64,000 bases of DNA, taken from NCBI GenBank assembly GCA_000092065.1, contig CP000584.1. One strand, written 5' to 3'. Within the stretch, counting starts at the first letter, position 1. Every line of letters starts with the position of its first letter. Shown piece by piece: positions 49,501-59,750 of this stretch. The notes under the pieces were generated by a model, which saw only the letters and a program-made list of their open reading frames with translations, had not been told where the DNA came from and made no database searches. The DNA is from Ostreococcus lucimarinus. Its lineage: Eukaryota. The translations under genes and the position numbers were made by a program.

Positions 49501-52500
49501 ATGGTCGCGAAATGTACTTCTTCATGGACCCCAGACGTAACCAAAAGGGTGAATTTGACTACTTCGTGTTTGCGGATAACCATCGTCGTTTGATGTATGG
49601 TGAAGACCGCATGGAGACGGCGCACTTGGATTTCCGAAACCTTGGACAGCCTCCTTCGGGAGATCGTTTCCGTCCGAGTGATAAGAAGGTTGTCGAACAC
49701 ATGGCTCACACGTTTGGAAAATGGACTGCTCTGCCGCAAAAGGTTGCCCTCATGCCCGCCGTCGTCCAAAACGCCGTCGTGTTGACGCCGCCGGTGAACG
49801 CCGTCCCGACTCAAGGCGAGGACTCGTGCTCGAAGGCGGTTGCCATCATGCGTTGCTCCGTTCCTTTGTCTAGCGTTGATGTCGATTTGTGGCCCGAGAA
49901 TGGATACACGACTGTGCGTCTTGACAAGAGTCATGCTACCTTCCAACGCCTCGAGTGGTTCACGTCTCGCATGGAACTTCCGAAGGTTGTGGAGAAGTGG
50001 AACCAGCTCAGCGACGATCACGCGTTGTCGTGCGATAAATTCGCTTGCTCGCGATGTGCGCCGACGCCGCCGACTCTTTTGTGGAGCCGACAAGTCGGTT
50101 CGCAAAAGATTCAAGCCCGTGAAGATCCGTTGCAGGCATCCAAATATGAACAAGCGCTCAAGTGTCGACCCGAGCCATTCGTCGTGCAATGGACTCGCGA
50201 GAAGACGACGGGCAACTTGATGATTGCTGGTAACCCAGCTACGCTCGTTCATCGTGCTCTTGCGCTTGTCGCTCCGTCTGGTGTTCGAGGCATCGAATCA
50301 AAGGCGCCGCATATGTCGTGGAGAATCGTTCGACACGACGACCGCCCGATGGACAACTTTGGGGAGTTTGAATTGAAGAGCAACCGTCACGACAAGCAAG
50401 TTGCGCAACCGCCGAACTGGAGCAAGAAGTACCCACTTCGCCCAGAACAACTGCGCTCGCTTGGGTGGATGGTTCAGCAAGAGATCAACGAAACGCCGTT
50501 CGTGGAAGAGGAAATTTGTGAAAAACTTCTTCCGGCTTTGGGCCTTCGCATGGATGGCAAGGCGGAAGTCTCAAAGGTGATTCGCGGCGGCATCGTGGCC
50601 GATCAAGTTGGTTACGGGAAAACGGCCATCTCCATCGGGGTCATCTTGGCGAACCAGCTCAAGTTCCCGACGCCCAAGCAAGCTAAAGTTGATGCTCCGG
50701 TCAAAGCGATTCCGACCAAGGCAACGCTTGTCATCGCGCCGTCTCAGTTGCTCCGCCAATGGCCGAGAGAGGTTGAGAAGTTCAGCGCGAGAGGTTCTTT
50801 GAACACGGTCGTTCTCAAGACAATGTCTGATCTCAACTCTTTGACGGCGCGAGAGGTCATGGAAGCAGATGTTGTCATCGTCGCTACGACTCTCTTCAGA
50901 TCTTCGCTGTACTTTGAGCGTCTCGCGCAACTCGCCGGTCGACCTTCTCTTCCGGATCCGAAATCTTCGAGCCAAGCGCGCCACTTCACGAGCGTGTACA
51001 AGGACACTGTGGCGAGCCTCGAAGACCAAGTCATGCGATTGACCGATAAGAAACTTGGTGTCGCTGAGGTTGCCAAACACGTTCGTTGTGGCACTTCTAC
51101 GCTCAGCGACGTCGCCGTCACAGCGGCGCCCAAACGTCTCAAGGGCGCAAAGCTCATCGAAATGACCGAAAAGGCTGGCGGCGAAGGTTACGAGTTCGTC
51201 GAGGCCTTGCACAAGGAACGCCAGCAGGCTTTGGACAAGGAGAATGTTCAAAAACCGATCAATGTTGAGCCGACAAGTGCTCCGGTCACGCCGTCCAAGC
51301 CTAAGAAGACGCCGACGAAGAAGACGCCGACGAAGAAGACGCCGACGAAGAAGACGCCGACGAAGAAGACGCCGACGAAGAAGACGCCGACGAAGAAGAC
51401 GCCGATGAAGTCACCGATCCGCGCGTCTGCGCGAAACACGCCGCGTAAGTCATACGCTGAAGATGATAGCATGGAAACTGATGATGAGATCTCTGATTGG
51501 GATGACGATGAATCGCTGGATGGCAGTGAAAGCGAGGAATTCGTCAAGGAAAAGTCGACGCCGAAGCGTAAGCGCATCGTTAAGCAACGAAGCATGGAAA
51601 TTGACGCCGATGGCAATAAAGATCATTGGGGTCTCGAAAGCGCTCAAGCTGAGTACGACTGGCGTGACATCAAGTCTGTTCCTGTCGAGCTATTCCACTG
51701 GCGCCGCGTCATCGTCGATGAGTTTACATACTTGAAGCCGTCCGATAAGGCCGTCGTCATGGGACTTCAATCTGAATCCCGTTGGTGCTTGTCTGGTACT
51801 CCGCCGGTGGGCGACTTTGCCGACATCAAGGGTACCGCTGCTTTACTCGGTATCAACCTCGGCAGCGACGAAGTTCCGCGCTATAACAAGTCGGAAATCA
51901 CGAAGGTGGAGACGTTCCAATTCTTTAAGGAGAAGCCGACACAACAATGGCACAAGCGAAGATGGGAGGTGGCGCAAGGCTTTTTGAACCGTTACATGCG
52001 ACAAAACATTGCTGAAATCGATGAGATCAAGTTCAAAGAAGATGTGTGTGATGTTCAACTTCGACCAGCTGAGCGTGCTATCTACCTTGAGCTCGATCAC
52101 TACTTGCAATCCATGGACATGAAGGCGAAGAAGAAGAAGCGAGGCGCGTCTGAGAGTGACCGCGACGCCCGTCTCGCTGCCGTCCTCGGCAACTCTTCTT
52201 CCGCAGAAGAAGCACTTCTGAAGCGCGTGGCGCACTTCGAATTGGATGACGAAGCGGGAACTGCGCTTCGAACTTGCCAAGACATCGTGAACGTTCGCAA
52301 GACTCAACAAGAAGATTGCTTGAAGGAATTCGGTGAAGCCATTCTCAAGGCGCGCGCCATGTTGTCGCAAATGTCTCAGATGCCTGACTTTACTCCGGAA
52401 GACAATCCGTTCATCCGATGGGAGAACGGCGTTCAAGGCGAAGGTATCGGTGACCCCACAGCGAGCGAACTTCTCAAGGGCGTTCTCAAGGAGCAAACCG

Positions 52501-53624
52501 AAGCCAAGGCTGCTAAGACCGCGCACCTCTTGCAAACGCGCCCGCCCGTCGGATCGACCATCGCGGTGTTTTCTGTTGAAGAGCAAGAATGGATTGAAGG
52601 TGAAGTTCGCGGTTATAGTGGTCAGTGGAAGCAAAAAGCTTCCGTCTACTACGACGCCAAGACTCGTAAGGATGAAGATTTGACCAAGGTTGACTGGAAG
52701 GTGGTCAAGGCTGTTGAAGGCGAGCCGAGCTCCACGATGGACTCTGGGAAATCCGTATCCATGAAGAAGACGAAGACGGCATCCCTCGACGATAAGCTCT
52801 GGGAGCTGCGAGAGCATACGCACGGTCTCCGCAAGTTGCAAAAAGAGCTTGTCGGTCGAGTGCGCTCTTTGCGCTTCTTCCAGTCTGTTCGTGACTTGCA
52901 ACAAGCCAAGATGGACGATTCGGTCAAGTGCGAAGCGTGCTCGAAGAAGTTTGCCAAGTCAAAGTCTGGCGTCCTATCTACGTGCGGCCATATTGGTTGC
53001 GTCACCTGCCTCAAGGTCAACGCCGAGAACCAAGAGTGTGGCGTGAAGAACTGCGATTGCGCTACTCGTGACACGTCCGTCGTGACCGCGGTCTCTCTTG
53101 GCACCGAGGCCAGCGCGGACTCCAAGTCTATCAAGACTGATGGTGGCGTCGGCGTGCACGGTTCAAAGATCATCGACATCGTCGCTCACATCAAGTCCAT
53201 CCCGGATGACGAACGAATCCTGGTCTTCGTGCAATTTCCTGACTTGATGCAACAAGTGAGCTCCGCGCTCAACGAAGCTGGTATCAAAACGCTCAAGCTC
53301 AAGGGCTCGGTGCATCAACAAACGGGCGCGCTCGACGAGTTCCAAAAAGAAAACTTGAAGAAGGATGATGCTCGCGTTCTCTTGCTTTTGAGCCGAGACG
53401 AAAGTGCGTCTGGAGCCAACTTGACGACGGCTAACCACGCCATCTTCGTTCACCCCTTGCTCACGAACACTGCTCAGGAGTACATCGCCAGCGAGACGCA
53501 AGCCATCGGTCGCATCCGCCGCTACGGGCAACAGCGCGAAGTGCGCATCTGGCGCTTCATCGCTCGCGATTCCGTCGACTCTGAAATCTTGAGTCAGCGC
53601 GCCGCTGGCTTGATGCAGAACTAA
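46520..53624 (+). CDS. DNMT5: DNA (cytosine-5)-methyltransferase DNMT5: C5-MTase + RING finger + SNF2-family ATPase; proposed 2-exon model with basic S/TPKK N-terminal exon (46520..46860), intron 46861..47107
   Basis: MTase motifs are I MCSGTES, IV AGTSCVDYS, VI IIILENVCNAP, VIII IPHTRTRVYLFA and IX/X GNAMTTTVV. The SNF2 ATPase has GIVADQVGYGKT, IVDEFTYL and helicase-C motifs (LLLSRDESASGANLT, QAIGRIRRYGQQREV). The RING finger is CEACSKKF...CGHIGCVTCL. Exon 1 (MAGKRATPVKDASKNKPKTTPVKK...TPKKY...PPTPMSK) ends AG|GTACGC. The acceptor cttgtttcatttttaacag| is a textbook pyrimidine tract; phase 2+1 recreates an Arg codon and total length is divisible by 3. The ORF-track M at 47064 lies inside the intron. 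Confidence 0.85.
51304..51408. repeat. in-frame 15-bp tandem repeat x7 (aagaagacgccgacg; encodes KKTPT x7) inside DNMT5 linker
   Basis: Six perfect copies and one variant (…gccgatg) sit between the MTase and SNF2 regions. The array continues the basic Thr/Pro/Lys theme of the proposed N-terminal exon. Confidence 0.9.
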
Positions 53625-53795
53625 TAACAGACTAGATGCGCTTCTTACTTTACTATTACTGCAACCGCAAAGAAACACCCTCATATTGACGACAGGAGGT
53701 GGTCTGATCCCTCTCAAGTCTGCCAGTTGTCGCCAACACACATATATGACGATTTGTAACGTGTTTTACATACAACTATATCACCTAATGACGCT

Positions 53796-54710
53796 CTAAT
53801 ACCAACGCGTCGTCGTTTTCATGAACCAAGCATCTCGTGCAGTTTCGGTGCTTCGAAGCTGCGCGTAGAGCGGTAGTTGGTCTTCAAGAACTTTCCTCGT
53901 CGCTCCGCGGCGTCGATCAACGCGCGGAGTTGGCGCCGAAGATGGATCTTGACTCAACTTTATCTTCGCCAACTGTGAACGCAGGCGCTCAGTTTCTTTC
54001 GTCTTCTTCTCGAGTTCGATGGTCAGGCGTTCGTTGCGCGATTTTTCGCGCGCCAACGCCCCTCGAAGCTCCTGAATTTCTCGCTCTTTCGCGTTTGCTT
54101 TCGAACGCCGCTCTTCGCTTTCAACCGCTGTCGCGTTCTTTGTCGCCGTCGTTCGCGCAGCATCGGCGCGACGTCGTGCCCAAAATAACGCCATATCTAA
54201 ATCAAACGAGACCGGCGCTAGCGCTCCCGGATCGTGCGCGCCATCTTCATCGTCTCGCCGATCGCCGGCTCTGCCTTTGGCCCTGGCGCCCGCTTCCTCA
54301 TTCAAGTCACCGGGGAACGAGGACGTCGACAGTTCGTCGTCGAATTGCGCGTATTTTTCCAGTCGCACCTCTTGTAGGTGTTTAGACACCCGCGATGCCA
54401 TCTTCTTCGCGTACTCCTCTTCGCTCAGTGCGTATTTTCTTCTTCTCTGTTCGGCCTCGATGTCCAAAGCGCTCACCCACGGCGGTCGCGCGTCGCCGCC
54501 GTCATCGCCACCTCCATCGGTCGACGATGATGATGCGTACTCATCGTACTCATCACCGTCTTCCCGCATCGCGTCGCTCGCGAGGTCGTCCCACACAGCG
54601 CGAGGTCCCATCGCGAGGCGACACCGAACCGCGCGACGTCGTCTGTCGCGGCGTGATTCAAACGTCGATGTTCCAGATTTCAGGGCGTCCTCAGGTTGTA
54701 AAACCCTCAC
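53796..54710 (-). CDS. hypothetical protein with acidic region and C-terminal coiled coil
   Basis: The 304-aa ORF has a C-terminal coiled coil (ESEERRSKANAKEREIQELRGALAREKSRNERLTIELEKKTKETERLRSQLAKIK). An internal Met at 54611 is an alternative start. No homology was recognised. Confidence 0.45.
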   Translation of the reverse strand: MRVLQPEDALKSGTSTFESRRDRRRRAVRCRLAMGPRAVWDDLASDAMREDGDEYDEYASSSSTDGGGDDGGDARPPWVSALDIEAEQRRRKYALSEEEYAKKMASRVSKHLQEVRLEKYAQFDDELSTSSFPGDLNEEAGARAKGRAGDRRDDEDGAHDPGALAPVSFDLDMALFWARRRADAARTTATKNATAVESEERRSKANAKEREIQELRGALAREKSRNERLTIELEKKTKETERLRSQLAKIKLSQDPSSAPTPRVDRRRGATRKVLEDQLPLYAQLRSTETARDAWFMKTTTRWY

Positions 54711-54911
54711 GATTTTTATGATTTATTTCTTGATCCCACATACTATAAATACTGTCTTTAAAGTGCCGTCGCTTCGGGTTTTTGGTCGATCCGAAGCGTC
54801 ACGAACGTTGCCGTCGACACGCTGGTGGTGGTTGACCGTCGCGGCGGCAGAGTGACACACGTCGTCGTTCAAGCATCGCATCGCGCGGAATTTCGAGTGA
54901 ACGCTTTCCTC

Positions 54912-56327
54912 ATGCTCTCTCGTGCGTTCGCCGCCGACAAAGATCGTCACGCGGTGGCGGCGAACGCGCGCGATGACGATCACTCGCCTTCGGTGCCGAC
55001 TGGATTAATGACGCCTTTGCGGAGCGACGAAGACGTTGCGTGCGCGAGGGACGCGGATATTTCGGCGAGCAGTGCGAGTGGAACGCCGACGTCGAAGTGC
55101 TTCGTGCACGCGCCCGCGGACTCCCCGAACGGGACACCGCAAGAAAACCGAAAAGCCGTGCTGGCGCGCATGGAGCTCGTCCAGCGCTGGCCCACGCGAG
55201 TGGAGTTGTCCGCGGCGGAACAAAACCGTGCAGAGATGTTTTCGCGCTCGTACGAGGACGAAGACGATGGATTCATGCTTGCCGAGCGACGAAATGAAGC
55301 GTCGACGGTGCGTCGCACGCTGCAAGCGTCGCAATCGCTGAGTTCGATGCCACGCATCGATTCCAAGCCGCCGCTGGCGCCAAAACCGACGCTGTCGCGC
55401 GCCAGAGCGTACGCTTCGGAGGCAGATTTGAGCAAACTGGTCGACACTCATGACGAAGGGCCCGTGTCTTTCGGGCCTAGTGTTGCGTTAATGCTCGTCG
55501 ATATCCAACCCGTGTATTGGAGCTTGGCGCCAGAGGTGCAGGCGGCTTTCCCCACGTTTCCTGAAAATGTTTCGCATCTACTCGCCTCGGCGCGAGATGC
55601 GGGCTCGCACGTCGTCCACGTGAAAGCTTCATACACGTATGACACGTGTCCGTGGCTGAAGAACTTCCAGCGATTGAACCCAGGTCGACGCGCATACGAG
55701 ATCGATCCGTCCGAGGTGGAGGAGTTTGCGCAACCGCGCGAGGGCGAAACCATCGTCGACAAGGACACCTTTGGCGCCTTCATCCACGCGCCAGATCTCG
55801 CAGTGCGACTGCGCGAAGCTGGTGTGAAGACGATCGTATTCGCTGGGCTCATCACGTCTGTTTGCGTGCAACATTCTGTTTTCAGCGCCTTTAACGCTGG
55901 TTTCCGAGTCGTCGTCGCGCACGACGCGTGCGGCGATCGCTCTCGCGCTCGTCACGAAGCCGCATTGATGCTTTACGGCAACTACATGTATGATGTCGCA
56001 TCGACGAGCGAGTTAGTGCAAGAAACCGTGGAAGCGAAGAAACGAGAAGAAGTAGAATCTTCTTACAAATCCACGGCCGCACCGTCGGTTGTTCAAAAAC
56101 CGCCCCGACCGCTCGCCATCGCGAAACCGACGGCGGTGCACGAATCAAATGTCGCCGATTTGAAGTCCAAGCGATATCTTGTCGCCTCCAAATACGGTGG
56201 CTCACCGGTAAGCAACCTTGGGGTGTCGTTGTCTCAAATTTCTCTCGTCGATTACGTCGACAAGCGCGGCGCCCGAGGCGGCCTGTCACCTGTCAGCGCG
56301 CTAGATCTTGATAACGCGTCGCTCTAG
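54912..56327 (+). CDS. isochorismatase-family cysteine hydrolase domain protein with N- and C-terminal extensions
   Basis: The core VALMLVDIQPVYWS...VVHVKASY...DKDTFGAFIH...KTIVFAGLITSVCVQHSVFSAFNAGFRVVVAHDACGD has the Asp-Lys-Cys triad arrangement. The first ATG is at 54912; the ORF opens at a TTG at 54825. Confidence 0.75.
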   Translation: MLSRAFAADKDRHAVAANARDDDHSPSVPTGLMTPLRSDEDVACARDADISASSASGTPTSKCFVHAPADSPNGTPQENRKAVLARMELVQRWPTRVELSAAEQNRAEMFSRSYEDEDDGFMLAERRNEASTVRRTLQASQSLSSMPRIDSKPPLAPKPTLSRARAYASEADLSKLVDTHDEGPVSFGPSVALMLVDIQPVYWSLAPEVQAAFPTFPENVSHLLASARDAGSHVVHVKASYTYDTCPWLKNFQRLNPGRRAYEIDPSEVEEFAQPREGETIVDKDTFGAFIHAPDLAVRLREAGVKTIVFAGLITSVCVQHSVFSAFNAGFRVVVAHDACGDRSRARHEAALMLYGNYMYDVASTSELVQETVEAKKREEVESSYKSTAAPSVVQKPPRPLAIAKPTAVHESNVADLKSKRYLVASKYGGSPVSNLGVSLSQISLVDYVDKRGARGGLSPVSALDLDNASL

Positions 56328-56424
56328 AGCCGTGTTTGAACTCATTACCGGTCGACCTGTCTTTGACTCGCTCCCTAATCGAGCGTTCTGTTGTTGTTCC
56401 ACTTATAATGTAAAAATATTGCCG

Positions 56425-57216
56425 CTACATTTTAAAATCGATGAACACGAGTTCGTCTCCTCCTTCTTGAACGAGTAGTTCGCGCATCACGAACGCGCCG
56501 TACTGCTCGGTAAGCGTCTCTTTAAACCTTTTACGATTTTGAGGCGCTCGGCTTGGTGGATCTCCCAGTAGAAATCGGCCACCGCCGCGTTTTACGAGCT
56601 TTGGAACGAGTTCCGCGACGGGCAATACAGCGTGCGATTCATAGAGTACATCGCACGCAAGAAGAGTGTCGAACTTCGCTTGATCTTCGCGTACGTCATT
56701 CCAGTCGAAATCTTTCACCAAAACGCGATCTTGAAACCCATTTGCCTCGATTGACAGGATGGCGCACGCCAACGCGAGCGGTTCGCGGTCGAAGAGCTCG
56801 ACTCGTTTCGCGCCCGCGGCGCACGCAACGAGACCAGCAAGTCCTAAACCTGCGCCGAGATCACACACCGTTTTGTCTCGCACCAAAGCCGGAGCGTTTG
56901 CGATGTACCGAGAAACCGCGAAAGCGCTCGGCCACAGAGTCGCCCAGTACGGATCTGCGTCGAAGGCCTCGTTCGCGACGTAGTGCTCAACGACTTCGTC
57001 TTCAGAAACCGGTCGCACCAATCGCACGCTCAGGGTGTCGGATATGATAATTTGGTCCGTCACGAGCTCGAACACATCTCGCACGTCTCGCACGTCTCGC
57101 TCGCTTGCTCTCGGCGACCGTCGTGGCCGCCGCCGCTTTTCTAACGACCATCGTCTCTCGAGTGCGAACGTCACTCTCGACGCGCGCGTTCGCGTCACCG
57201 CCGTCGTGGCGGACAT
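56425..57216 (-). CDS. protein-lysine N-methyltransferase, family 16 (METTL21/Nnt1-like)
   Basis: Motifs are DADPYWATLWPSAFAVSRYI...VRDKTVCDLGAGLGLAGLVAC...RVELFD...LLACDVLY. A basic N-terminal extension suggests a targeting peptide. A (DVR)x3 9-bp repeat is present. Confidence 0.75.
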   Translation of the reverse strand: MSATTAVTRTRASRVTFALERRWSLEKRRRPRRSPRASERDVRDVRDVFELVTDQIIISDTLSVRLVRPVSEDEVVEHYVANEAFDADPYWATLWPSAFAVSRYIANAPALVRDKTVCDLGAGLGLAGLVACAAGAKRVELFDREPLALACAILSIEANGFQDRVLVKDFDWNDVREDQAKFDTLLACDVLYESHAVLPVAELVPKLVKRGGGRFLLGDPPSRAPQNRKRFKETLTEQYGAFVMRELLVQEGGDELVFIDFKM

Positions 57217-57443
57217 GCGTCAACGCTTCGATCTCCTCTATTGTGGCTCACGACGCATGGTCCGCGACGAACGAAGCGTTGTGTGGGGATTCAACGCCTT
57301 TTTCTAAGTTTGTACGTACGCTTTCGTTCAAGAGCCCTGTGCCATGCGCGATTGATTAGCGCGGGGACGACGTGAGTCGCGTATTAATTACGTGCGTATA
57401 TCGTTCTCTTACCACATGTGTTTCTAGGTTTCTATGCTTCCGT

Positions 57444-59576
57444 TCAAGACGTCCTTCTCCACGCGCGGTCCGCCTCGCTCGGCGACGCCTCGTCGTCGAG
57501 CAAAACTTGTTGATCGTCGTCTCGACGCATTTGCCCGCGTTCGAGCCAGTCGATGTCGTCGTCATCCTTCAGGATACTCACTCGGGGTCCACGTGCCGCT
57601 TGAGATTCGCCACCAAAGTACTTCGGGTCGTAGAACAACGACGTACACAGCGCGATGAACTCAAACACCGAAAAGAGAGGCGTCAAGACAATCGTCAACA
57701 CAAATAGGATGTTGTAATATATTGCGCCGGACACGACACCTTGCGATAAATCGGCGACGGACGCGCTCTTGTAAAACCCAATGGCATACTTGAATGTCAC
57801 ACAAGCGGTGATGAAACCAACGATGCAAGAGACTGCAAACGTGTCCGCGCCGCTCGAACGCAAACACCAAGGAGCGAAAGCGCTGAGCACGGGAGCGATG
57901 GTCGAGAAGCCCGCGCTCACGCACGCAAGCGTTAAAGAAGCGCGATGCGAGTGATCGAGCGCACTCTCGTCGCGCATCAAAACCAGCGCACTATGGTGAT
58001 CTCGCGCTCGAAGTTTAAACAATTTCCAGACGTTGCTCGTCGGTATCGGCACGTGAACGCCCGCATCCAACCAGGAGAACTTGACGCCGTTGTTTGAACA
58101 TCGCAACGCGAAAGCCGTGAGCTCAAAGCCGTCGTGCACGTCCATGTCGGCGAACCCAACTGCGAGCTCGAGTTCGTTTGGAACTACTAAATATGTGTTC
58201 GGAATCGGAGCGACGACGCGCGAGTGCTTCGCATACATCATTCGTAACGCACCGTACGATTCGCCTGCGCGGATGCACTCTGCCATGGCTGGGATCCATT
58301 GAAACACGCTTTCGACGCCATCGATGAAGGAATTCGATGTTCGAGTGATTCCAGGAAGCACCGCACCTTGCGCGAGCCGGCGCACGTGTGTGTCCCCACG
58401 CCCAGACAAAGCCGCGAGACGTGTTTCTCGCGCGCAGTGTGCGAGCACGGCATCAACCGCTCGCACGTTCAGCAACGAATCCGATCCTAAATGCACCACC
58501 CAGTCTCCCCATGTCGCCGAACTTGCACGCGTGGCGAAGTTCAACAACCCGCTGCTTCCTTGAACTTTGTAATTCATCTCCAATGGAACCACAAGCTCGC
58601 TGACGCACGACGACGACACGCCAATCTCTTTTGTCGTCACCACTTCGATTTCAAACAACGTCGTCGGTATTGCGCGTTGCAGAATATCCACCGCCACGTC
58701 CACAGCGCGCTTCACTGCAAGTGGCTTCGCGTCACGTGATATGTGGAATCTAAAGTAAATTTTTCCGCCTAGCTCCTCCAATAGCTTTGAACGGTCGGGA
58801 TAAGCCTCTAACCACACCGGCGGCCAGGTGAGGTACGCCGTGACGTGAGCGACGGCTGAAGGAATCGCTATGAAGCTCGCGACCGAAATAATCATCCAAA
58901 CCACGTTTTCTAATGCATTTAACTCCAACACTTCCCCAGTTGGATTGAGGTAGGCGCCGAGCGCAGTGACGATGACGAACGCGAAGACTAGCGCCATGAA
59001 GGAAGCGTACAAGCAGAACAGGCGACACAAAAGTGTGAAGGTCACCGGTTTATATGCTCGGCGCTCCGCCTTCCGACGCAGGGCTTCTTTCGATGACTTG
59101 CCCGAGGCACTTTTCTTTCGCCCTCGTTCGGTTGCATCCCCTGAGCGGCGAGTACTCGCTCCGCTCCGACGAGACCTCGTACCGTGCGACGAAGCGGGCT
59201 TCTTCACACCACTCAGTAAACCTGTGGTGATCGCCGCGTCCTGACCCCTTGCGAGTGTTTCTGCGGCATCTTCGAATGCATCCGCGTCTTCGCCGTCATC
59301 ATCTGAATCGCTCGCGTCACCCGCGCGCATGTCGCCGTCGTCCTCTACGTCGGTGACGTACGCGTCCGAACTCGTCGTCGACGGCTCGTCGTCATCGAAA
59401 CCACTCGCCGCGAGCGCGCGCGTGAGATCATCTGGTTCATCTCCGGGTAATCGTACGCCATCATTCTCTCTCCCCGGTAAAACCGCTCGCCAGCTCGGGT
59501 CGTTTTGATTGAGCGCCATCGCTGCTTGCGTCAAGGAGGACGGCGATCTTCCCTCGCGTCGTCCGTGTTGGCGCAC
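57444..59576 (-). CDS. multi-pass membrane protein with central glycosyltransferase-like (GT2/egghead-type?) domain
   Basis: The 710-aa protein has an S/R/K-rich N-tail, an N-terminal TM, a ~300-aa central soluble domain and 3-4 C-terminal TM helices. This is the topology of membrane GT2 enzymes. Catalytic motifs were not identified confidently. Confidence 0.55.
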   Translation of the reverse strand: MRQHGRREGRSPSSLTQAAMALNQNDPSWRAVLPGRENDGVRLPGDEPDDLTRALAASGFDDDEPSTTSSDAYVTDVEDDGDMRAGDASDSDDDGEDADAFEDAAETLARGQDAAITTGLLSGVKKPASSHGTRSRRSGASTRRSGDATERGRKKSASGKSSKEALRRKAERRAYKPVTFTLLCRLFCLYASFMALVFAFVIVTALGAYLNPTGEVLELNALENVVWMIISVASFIAIPSAVAHVTAYLTWPPVWLEAYPDRSKLLEELGGKIYFRFHISRDAKPLAVKRAVDVAVDILQRAIPTTLFEIEVVTTKEIGVSSSCVSELVVPLEMNYKVQGSSGLLNFATRASSATWGDWVVHLGSDSLLNVRAVDAVLAHCARETRLAALSGRGDTHVRRLAQGAVLPGITRTSNSFIDGVESVFQWIPAMAECIRAGESYGALRMMYAKHSRVVAPIPNTYLVVPNELELAVGFADMDVHDGFELTAFALRCSNNGVKFSWLDAGVHVPIPTSNVWKLFKLRARDHHSALVLMRDESALDHSHRASLTLACVSAGFSTIAPVLSAFAPWCLRSSGADTFAVSCIVGFITACVTFKYAIGFYKSASVADLSQGVVSGAIYYNILFVLTIVLTPLFSVFEFIALCTSLFYDPKYFGGESQAARGPRVSILKDDDDIDWLERGQMRRDDDQQVLLDDEASPSEADRAWRRTS

Positions 59577-59750
59577 CGAGGGCGACGACGGCGACGCTTG
59601 CGTCTGCGTCTACTTCTCCGTCGTTTTCGTCGTCGCCGTCGATTCCGTTTACACCGCCGCGCCCGCCACGCGACGGGACGCGTCTCACTGTGCGGATTTC
59701 GTTTAGTGTTGAACGGCTTACGACGTGAGAGCGCGGCGCGCGCGGGGGCG

